Assembly (NCBI GenBank): GCA_016125005.1
Contig: WGMQ01000021.1
Location: 8,312-72,311 of the forward strand
Reading direction: 5' to 3'
DNA length: 64,000 nucleotides
Source of the DNA: a bacterium
GTDB lineage: Bacteria; Sumerlaeota; Sumerlaeia; SLMS01
The notes below the pieces were generated by a model. The model had not been told where the DNA came from. It was given only the letters and a program-made list of their open reading frames with translations, and made no database searches. Positions within the stretch are counted from its first letter, which is position 1. Each line of letters opens with the position of its first letter. Positions 57,873 to 64,000 of the stretch are shown piece by piece. Both the position numbers and the translations under genes were made by a program.

Positions 57873-59378
57873 TTCGACCATCACCAGGATCGGAACGATG
57901 CGCTCGCGACCGCCGTCGTCGCTCGGAATGTTGACGACGCAGTAGGGAAGGTTCTCGCGGAGTCGGTCCTCCGGGCCTGCCCCTTCGATGGCCATGACGG
58001 AGGATCCGCCGCCGTCGAGGTTGATGGCGGATTCGCAACCCACCCAGGCCATGAGAGAGGCCAGCCCCTCCAGCGTCACGCCACAGCTATGCTCACCACT
58101 GCGACGCCCGTCGACGACGACCATCTTCATGCCACCGGCGGACGTGCGTCCCAACGCGGTGCGCGGCGCCCGCGTTTTCTCCACGTCGAAGGGGAAGCGG
58201 GTCGGTGCAGGACCCATGGGGCGGAACTCGCCAGCATTCGGCTCGGCCAGCATGTGATCGGAGGGCACGGCGACTGAGTTCCGCACCAGGAAGGGTCCGG
58301 CGCTAATCATCCAGACCGGCTTCTTTGCGCCGCTGGTCCGTAGCTTCAGGGAAACCTTGCGCGTTCCTCCAGTGGCGAGGACGGCCTTGGCGTGGTCTCC
58401 TTCGACGAGCACCATGACGCCGCCCTTGGGAGGAATCAGTCCCGGCGCGGCGGGCACGGCGGAAATCAGCGTGCTGCCCGTGAACATCAGTGCCGCGGCA
58501 CCGTCCGGGGCGGGAAACTCCGACTGGTCAAAGAAGCGCCACACGGCCCCGTGATGGGGCTCGGCAAAGTGCCCGCGATGGAGCGCGACCGGGCTCAAGC
58601 CTTCGATGTGCAGTTCCACCAGGTCGGTGCCGTAAATTCCCTCCACGATGCTGCCATCGTCGTAACCGATGAAGCCGGGGCGGGATATCCACGGGGGCGA
58701 GAGCACGCGCCCCTTCACCATGTGTCCGCCAAGGGGCTGGTGGAGCGCCGAGACGCCGTCGTTGTACTCCTCTGGGAAGTTGAGGAAGTATCCGGCGTTC
58801 GTGGCGGCCAGAATGTTGGAGGAAGACTGGACGAGACGGGAAGCGGGGAAAGCGGGGAGGAACCGAGCCACTGCATAGCCGCCTGCGGGTTGCTCGACCC
58901 AGCGGGGGTCCAGTTCCGCGAGCGTATCAAGGAAGCGCTCCTCGAAGGCAGTCGCCTTCTCGGCTTCTGCCAGCGCGGCGAGAAGCTCCTCGCGGCGGGC
59001 CGCATCCTCCTCGAAGAAGATTCCACCCATGTTCACGTACAGGCGGCTTTCCTTCACGTTGGAGGCGCTGTTGTCGCGGAGGGCACCCTTGGCAAATGTT
59101 GTGGCCCAGTAGGCGTTCTCGACCTCGGGAAGTTCGAGAAGATCCGGATACTCGCCGGCAAGGCGGGGGCTGATGGTCGCCTTGGCGTGGGAGTCGATGG
59201 TGAGTTCGTTGACGCAGAGACCCTCGTGCCGTGTCGCAGGGCCGTTGGGGCCCTGTTCCTCGACCAGGAACTGGAACCGGCGACGGCGCCAGAAAACGCC
59301 AGGCGCGAGATTCTTGGTATGGTCCTCGGTGAGTTGGAAGTCCTGACGCAGGACATTCATCCCGAGGATGCGGGACAT
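57861..59378 (-). CDS. phosphodiester glycosidase (NAGPA-like) family protein
   Basis: C-terminal AINLDGGGSS motif and surrounding region typical of the phosphodiester glycosidase family. Start moved to MSRILGMNV (59378); the tracked start at 59669 would abut larB and was not used. Confidence 0.55.
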   Translation of the reverse strand: MSRILGMNVLRQDFQLTEDHTKNLAPGVFWRRRRFQFLVEEQGPNGPATRHEGLCVNELTIDSHAKATISPRLAGEYPDLLELPEVENAYWATTFAKGALRDNSASNVKESRLYVNMGGIFFEEDAARREELLAALAEAEKATAFEERFLDTLAELDPRWVEQPAGGYAVARFLPAFPASRLVQSSSNILAATNAGYFLNFPEEYNDGVSALHQPLGGHMVKGRVLSPPWISRPGFIGYDDGSIVEGIYGTDLVELHIEGLSPVALHRGHFAEPHHGAVWRFFDQSEFPAPDGAAALMFTGSTLISAVPAAPGLIPPKGGVMVLVEGDHAKAVLATGGTRKVSLKLRTSGAKKPVWMISAGPFLVRNSVAVPSDHMLAEPNAGEFRPMGPAPTRFPFDVEKTRAPRTALGRTSAGGMKMVVVDGRRSGEHSCGVTLEGLASLMAWVGCESAINLDGGGSSVMAIEGAGPEDRLRENLPYCVVNIPSDDGGRERIVPILVMVEGTE

Positions 59379-59688
59379 GACGGCGGAGTCGATCAGGTTA
59401 TGGCTGAGCACGGTCTTGCGGAACAACCTCTGCGTTGTGGATTTCAGGAGACGGAACACGAAAATACCCCGGCGTATTGAGGGCGCCAAGGAGCGGAGCA
59501 AAGCTGAAACGTCCGTCTTGGCACCGAAGGGTTTGCGAAATGGGTGCCCGGTGCAAGGGAGAGGTGAGGGGCATGAGCATCCGCTGTCTGCCCGGTGCCG
59601 ATTGACGCCGGGGTGGGAGTACGAATGCTTGACGGGTGCGGGCGTCAAACTCTGGCGGTCGGCATGCAATCAAGGGAGACGGTTCGAG

Positions 59689-60447
59689 ATGGAATCATCA
59701 CCGGTGCGGCGCATTCTGGATGACCTGGCGGCCGGCCGTATCTCGGCGGATGTGGCCGAGAAGCAGCTCGCGGCAGGTCAGATCGGAGAGATGGGGTTCG
59801 CGGCCCTGGATCTGTGGCGCGAGGCGCGCCGCGGGCGTCCCGAGGTGGTTTTTGGCGAGGGCAAGACGGCGGAGCAAATCGCGGCGATCGCCCTGCGAAT
59901 GACTCAGGCTGGCCAGAATGTCCTGGTTACCCGGGTCGATGCCGCCAAGCGAGCAGCCGTTGCGGCGCTGGTCGGAGAGATTCCCCACGTTGAGTCGGAG
60001 GCGGGTCGGCTCATGCAGTTCCGTGTCCAGGAGACGAAGCCGCGCGGTGGGTTGGTGGCGGTCCTGGCGGCGGGAACCAGCGATTTGCCCGTGGCGGAGG
60101 AGGCAGCCTGTACCGCGGAGTGGCTCGGCAGTCCGGTGGAGCGGGCCTACGACGTGGGGGTGGCGGGTTTGCACCGGTTGCTTGCGCGGGGCGAGTTGCT
60201 CCGCAAGGCGCGGGTTCTGGTGGTTGTGGCGGGGATGGAGGGGGCGCTCCCGACGGTCGTTAGCGGTCTGGTGGCGCGTCCGGTAATCGCCGTGCCCACG
60301 AGTGTGGGGTACGGGGCAAGTTTCCGGGGATTGTCGGCACTTCTGACGATGCTGAACAGCTGTTCAAGTGGGGTTTCGGTGGTCAACATCGACAACGGGT
60401 TCGGCGCCGGGTACCTGGCCGACATGATCAATGAGGGTGGGGGATGA
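59689..60447 (+). CDS. larB: nickel-pincer cofactor biosynthesis protein LarB (PurE-like carboxylase/hydrolase)
   Basis: AGGGAG Shine-Dalgarno; LarB-type N-terminal extension (ILDDLAAGRISADVAEKQL), then a PurE-like domain with AGTSDLPVA and GMEGALP motifs. Confidence 0.7.
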   Translation: MESSPVRRILDDLAAGRISADVAEKQLAAGQIGEMGFAALDLWREARRGRPEVVFGEGKTAEQIAAIALRMTQAGQNVLVTRVDAAKRAAVAALVGEIPHVESEAGRLMQFRVQETKPRGGLVAVLAAGTSDLPVAEEAACTAEWLGSPVERAYDVGVAGLHRLLARGELLRKARVLVVVAGMEGALPTVVSGLVARPVIAVPTSVGYGASFRGLSALLTMLNSCSSGVSVVNIDNGFGAGYLADMINEGGG

Positions 60448-61052
60448 ACCCAGAGTTGCAGTCGAAGGGATTGGTCGTCGGGCTCGACGCCTGGATGGTG
60501 CTGTTTGGTGCGATTCCCGACGTGGGAGTGGGCGACGTGGTGTGGTTTGCCCTGAGGGCAATCCCAGTGGTCGCAGAGCTCGGGTGCCACGATGCGGGCA
60601 TCTGTCATCTGGGGTTGAACTACTACACGCTTGGTGGGGTGCTGCGCCGCGGCGACGCGGGAGTAATGACGCTGGAAACCGAGCTTGGCCCGCTCCACGT
60701 CACGGGCGGTGCGCTACCGCATGCATGGGTCGATGAGGATGTCAGGGGAGAATTTGAGCTGGTCGTCGACGCGGATGCTCCCGACCGTGGTCGCGCCCTT
60801 CATCCTTGGCGGGTGCGCTCGATCACGCGGGAGACATCGAACTGGCGGGATCGCCGCACGGAGGAGAACCGCCCCATCAGGCCCGGGCGTCGCCTGCTGA
60901 AGTTCTCGGATCTGCTAAAACGCCCCGGGTTGCGCTTTCAGGGGAGCGAGGTTGATCGCTCCAACGCCGTGGGGGACGATGGCGGTCTGGCACATTACAA
61001 CATCGTGGTGGAACCGGCCGGCAAAGGGACGACCTGCGGGGGCGATTCCTGA
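60444..61052 (+). CDS. hypothetical protein
   Basis: ATG overlaps the larB TGA (ATGA); 202 aa; no recognisable motif. Confidence 0.35.
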   Translation: MNPELQSKGLVVGLDAWMVLFGAIPDVGVGDVVWFALRAIPVVAELGCHDAGICHLGLNYYTLGGVLRRGDAGVMTLETELGPLHVTGGALPHAWVDEDVRGEFELVVDADAPDRGRALHPWRVRSITRETSNWRDRRTEENRPIRPGRRLLKFSDLLKRPGLRFQGSEVDRSNAVGDDGGLAHYNIVVEPAGKGTTCGGDS

Positions 61053-61183
61053 TACCGCCAGGTCATTGCGTGGGGACATCATCCTGCGAAGAGCCTTGCC
61101 CAGTCTCTGGTTGCGAGTAGTGTCCGTCGCGAAGTGGCGCCGGATTTGCTCCCGGTGCTGTCAGCTTCTGCCGCGGAGAAATC

Positions 61184-61690
61184 ATGCATCCGATCCTGGC
61201 CCTACGAGCCTTCTTCCGAGTCCTGTTCCAAGGCGAACCGCCCGTCTCGATGCCGGTGGCTCCGGCGCCTGCTGTGGCCCCCCCGGCACCAGCACCGGCG
61301 TTCGCCCATTCGACCGAGCCCGCCATCCAACTATTGGCACTGCTCCAGAAGGAAGGCCGACTGATGGATTTCCTGCGCGAGGACATCGGTTCATACAAGG
61401 ACGCGGAGATCGGCGCGGCGGTGCGTGACATCCATCGGGGATGTCGTTCAGTGCTGGAGCGCCATGCCACACTGCGCGCCGTGGTGACCCAGAAGGAAGG
61501 GCAGTCGATCGACGTGCCCGCGGGCTTTGATCCATCGCAGATTGCCCTTCAGGGGAACGTGAGCGGCGCCGGTCCCTTTCGCGGCACGGTGGCTCATCCG
61601 GGGTGGTATGTGGAGGCGCTGAAGTTGCCAACGGTTCCTCCCGGAGCGGACCCCAAGGTGGTGGCGCCCGCCCAGGTGGAGGTGCGCTGA
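61184..61690 (+). CDS. DUF2760-like protein (Hsp70-neighbourhood family)
   Basis: 168 aa, N-terminal hydrophobic helix, a Pro/Ala linker, then a conserved core (LLALLQKEGRLMDFLREDIGSYKDAEIGAAVRDIHRGC); directly precedes and overlaps an Hsp70-like gene. Confidence 0.5.
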   Translation: MHPILALRAFFRVLFQGEPPVSMPVAPAPAVAPPAPAPAFAHSTEPAIQLLALLQKEGRLMDFLREDIGSYKDAEIGAAVRDIHRGCRSVLERHATLRAVVTQKEGQSIDVPAGFDPSQIALQGNVSGAGPFRGTVAHPGWYVEALKLPTVPPGADPKVVAPAQVEVR

Positions 61691-63552
61691 TGAGCAGTCG
61701 CTTCTCCATCGGCATCGACCTTGGGACAACCAACACCGCCTTGGCCTTCGTGGACACGGTGATCAGCCCGGACTCGCCGGACGAGGCGATGGTGGCAACC
61801 TTTCCCGTGGAGCAGGTGGTCGCCGCAGGGGCCGTCGACCAGCGCGAGACGCTTCCGAGCGCGGTGTATGTGGCGAGCGGGACCGAGGTTCCCGCCGGAT
61901 CGTTGAACCTCCCGTGGCGCGCGGAGGAGAAGGTCGTGGTGGGGCACTTTGCCCGCGAATTGGGTGCGCGCATCCCGACGCGCTTCATCCATTCGAGCAA
62001 GAGTTGGCTTTGCCACGGCGGCGTCGACCGCGAGGCGCCGATCCTGCCGCCCGGATCGCCGGAGGAGGATGCGCGGCGCTCCCCCGCCACCGTGGCCACG
62101 CTGATCCTCAAGCATCTGGCGGAAGCCTGGGACAATACGATGGCAGCGGAGGATCCATCGCTGGCGCTGGCCAATCAGGAGATCACGCTCTGCGTCCCGG
62201 CGAGCTTCGATGCGGGTGCGAGGAACCTCACGGTGGCGGCCGCAGAGCGCGCGGGCTTCCGACACCTGCATCTGCTGGAGGAACCGCAGGCCGCCTTTCA
62301 CAGCTGGATCGAGTCGGCAGGGCGGCAGTGGCGGTCACAGGTGCGTACCGGCGACTTGGTGTTGGTCGTGGACGTGGGCGGCGGCACCTCCGACTTCTCG
62401 TTGATCGGCGTGACGGAAAAGGATGGCGAGTTGGAGCTACGCCGCGTGGCCGTGGGCGACCACATCCTGCTTGGCGGCGACAACATGGACCTGGCGCTGG
62501 CGTACAGCGTGGCCGGGCGCCTGGAGAAGGAACGCGACAAGAAGCTGGACGCGTGGCAGATGATCGCGCTCGTGCAGCAATGCCGCACGGCGAAGGAGGC
62601 GCTGCTGAGCGACCCGTCCCTCGAATCTGCACCCATCGCGATTCTGGGCCGCGGCACATCCGTAATCGGCGGCACGATTCGCACGGAGCTGCCGCGTGCG
62701 GGGCTGGACGAGTTCCTGCTCGACGGCTTCTTTCCGCTCTGTGCCCCAACCGACCAGCCCGCGCGGGCGCGCCGCTCCGGCTTCCGCGAGACAGGGCTCC
62801 CCTACGCAACGGACCCGGCCATCACGCGTCATCTGGCCGCATTCCTTGTCAAGAACGGGCCGAGCGTTGCAGAGGTTTTCCCGGACCGCACACCAGCGCC
62901 GGGGCAGCCGATCCTTCCGACGGCGATCCTCTTCAACGGCGGTGTCTTCAAGGCTCAGCCACTGGCCGACCGCATCATCCAAACACTTGCCGCGTGGTCC
63001 CGCAGCGTCGGCGGCGAGGCCCCTCGTGTGCTGAACCACAGCGATCTGGACCTGGCGGTGGCACGCGGTGCCGCGTACCTCGGTCTGGCGCGACGCGGCC
63101 GCGGCGTCCGCATTCGCGGCGGCAGCGCCCGCAGCTACTACATCGGCATCGAGACCGCCGCCCCCGCCGTTCCCGGCATGGCGCCTCCGCTCAAGGCCAT
63201 GTGCGTGGTTCCCTACGGCATGGAAGAAGGCACCGCGGCGCAGATTTCAGGCCGCGAAATCGACCTCTGCATCTGGACGGGTGAGCCCGCCGCCTTCCGA
63301 TTCCTTTCCAGCACGACCCGTCGCCATGATCAGCCGGGACAGGTCTTCGATGTGGATGGTGAGGACTTCGAGGAGCACAACGCCATCGAGACCACGCTTC
63401 CCTCCGTAGGCGGAAGCGAGGGCGAGGCGGTCGAGGTGGACCTTCGGTCGCACCTGACCGAGATCGGCGTCCTCAATCTGTCTTGCGTGGATCGGCAATC
63501 GGGAAAAGAATACCTTCTCGAGTTCAACGTGCGGCAGCAATCCGCGGACTAA
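61690..63552 (+). CDS. non-canonical Hsp70/actin-fold ATPase (HscC/YegD-like)
   Basis: Start at MSSRFSIGIDLGTTNTALAFV (overlapping the upstream TGA). Hsp70 nucleotide-binding signatures (IGIDLGTTN; VDVGGGTSDFSLI; LLGGDNMD), but a divergent C-terminal region. Confidence 0.8.
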   Translation: MSSRFSIGIDLGTTNTALAFVDTVISPDSPDEAMVATFPVEQVVAAGAVDQRETLPSAVYVASGTEVPAGSLNLPWRAEEKVVVGHFARELGARIPTRFIHSSKSWLCHGGVDREAPILPPGSPEEDARRSPATVATLILKHLAEAWDNTMAAEDPSLALANQEITLCVPASFDAGARNLTVAAAERAGFRHLHLLEEPQAAFHSWIESAGRQWRSQVRTGDLVLVVDVGGGTSDFSLIGVTEKDGELELRRVAVGDHILLGGDNMDLALAYSVAGRLEKERDKKLDAWQMIALVQQCRTAKEALLSDPSLESAPIAILGRGTSVIGGTIRTELPRAGLDEFLLDGFFPLCAPTDQPARARRSGFRETGLPYATDPAITRHLAAFLVKNGPSVAEVFPDRTPAPGQPILPTAILFNGGVFKAQPLADRIIQTLAAWSRSVGGEAPRVLNHSDLDLAVARGAAYLGLARRGRGVRIRGGSARSYYIGIETAAPAVPGMAPPLKAMCVVPYGMEEGTAAQISGREIDLCIWTGEPAAFRFLSSTTRRHDQPGQVFDVDGEDFEEHNAIETTLPSVGGSEGEAVEVDLRSHLTEIGVLNLSCVDRQSGKEYLLEFNVRQQSAD

Positions 63553-63585
63553 CCCCGCACGGGCCGTTCGATCCGGGAGGTCATT

Positions 63586-64000
63586 ATGGCAGTCTCGTTG
63601 CTGGCGGGCCGCTCCGGTTCCGGCAAGACACACCACATCCTTGAGGAAGTCTGCGCTGCCTGCGCAGCCGATCCCTTCGGCGCGCCGATCTTCCTGCTGG
63701 TTCCTGAACAGGCCTCCTACCAGACCGAGAAGGCTCTGCTGACCCACGGCCCCATTCGTGGCTACACCCGGGTGCAGGTGCTGAGCTTTGCCCGTCTTGC
63801 CCAGTTTGTCTATACGACGAACCCGGCACCGACACTGCCGGTCCTCACCAACCAACACCGCGACTTCCTGGTTCTTCTCCTCCTTCATCGCTGGCGTCGC
63901 GAACGACCGGGCACGTTCCTGGACACGCCCGGCATCGAGGACTCCCTCACGCAACTGGTCGCAGAGGCGCGGCATCAGGCCGTTGAAGCCACCGATCTGC
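63586..64000 (+). CDS. addB: ATP-dependent helicase/nuclease subunit B (AddB/RexB), N-terminal part
   Basis: GGGAGG Shine-Dalgarno; MAVSLLAGRSGSGKTHHILEEV...APIFLLVPEQASYQTEKALL closely parallels the AddB N-terminus (…FLVGRSGSGKT…IIFLVPDQMTF…). Runs off the window end. Confidence 0.7.
   Translation, partial: MAVSLLAGRSGSGKTHHILEEVCAACAADPFGAPIFLLVPEQASYQTEKALLTHGPIRGYTRVQVLSFARLAQFVYTTNPAPTLPVLTNQHRDFLVLLLLHRWRRERPGTFLDTPGIEDSLTQLVAEARHQAVEATDL

Noticed and set aside
59368-59688. Long N-terminal extensions of larB (from 59368) and of the phosphodiester glycosidase gene (to 59669)
   Set aside because: They would make two divergent genes overlap over about 300 nt. The internal ATG at 59689 has an AGGGAG Shine-Dalgarno and begins the conserved LarB N-terminus. 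The extension sequences are Arg-rich low complexity.
60444-61052. Attempt to assign the 202-aa ORF after larB to larC/larE or another nickel-pincer pathway protein
   Set aside because: There is no PP-loop (SGGxDS) for LarE and no LarC-like motif, so it is left as a hypothetical protein.
3543-63815. GTCTATAC over-representation as a restriction/modification site (for example AccI GTMKAC or GTATAC) or as a trivial consequence of Val-Tyr-Thr being common
   Set aside because: The octamer does not contain GTMKAC or GTATAC. Restriction sites are normally avoided, not enriched. The word also occurs in other frames (Arg-Leu-Tyr, Arg-Ile-Asp), antisense and intergenically, always with the same rare codons, so peptide selection alone does not explain it.
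1-64000. Searches for tRNA/rRNA (T-loop GGTTCGAATCC-like words, rRNA signatures), CRISPR repeats, and transposase/integrase ORFs or long inverted repeats
   Set aside because: None found by eye. The only repeats are the short octamer, the (GT)7 tract, the PEPT coding repeat and terminator or operator hairpins. No mobile-element hallmark flanks the secretion or XPB loci.

Overview
Visibly GC-rich (roughly two-thirds G+C by eye) bacterial chromosomal segment with essentially no non-coding space. Gene content (prepilin-like DUF1559 protein, TRWSLV-type ECF sigma factor, bacterial XPB, COG4941 sigma with YciI-like partners) suggests a Planctomycetota/Verrucomicrobiota-like organism; this is inference only. 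No rRNA, tRNA, CRISPR array, transposase or integrase was recognised. The dominant feature is a tightly packed 15-gene type II secretion / type IV pilus-like operon (about 4.3-19.4 kb): an EF-hand protein, gspE, gspF, gspG, four minor pseudopilins, gspL/M/C-like genes, a secretin encoded as two separate ORFs, and a histidine kinase with a sigma-54-dependent response regulator. It is followed by two likely secreted cargo genes, a large unknown protein and a pullulanase. Flanking genes include dapF, sppA, an EEP-family lipoprotein, a PduO-type cobalamin adenosyltransferase, hflX, an FHA-GAF-HD-GYP protein, two ECF sigma factors (one COG4941-type with two YciI-like neighbours), nuoABCD, cyclophilin, a class-A beta-lactamase-like lipoprotein, cspA, a GT4 glycosyltransferase, an XPB helicase with a large WYL-tailed partner and a B12-binding radical SAM enzyme, an ABC importer, two coiled-coil membrane proteins, a single-cluster ferredoxin, a phosphodiester glycosidase, larB, a DUF2760/Hsp70-like pair and the 5' end of addB. 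Most unusual observations: (1) the AT-rich 8-mer GTCTATAC (consensus YGTCTATACR) occurs 17 times exactly, written with otherwise avoided codons, with 12 copies inside the secretion operon; (2) the secretin is split inside its last N-domain, and the second half has its own signal peptide; (3) a (GT)7 tract sits at the 5' end of a large secreted-protein gene; (4) a eukaryote-like XPB helicase lies next to a 922-aa WYL-domain protein and a class-B radical SAM enzyme.
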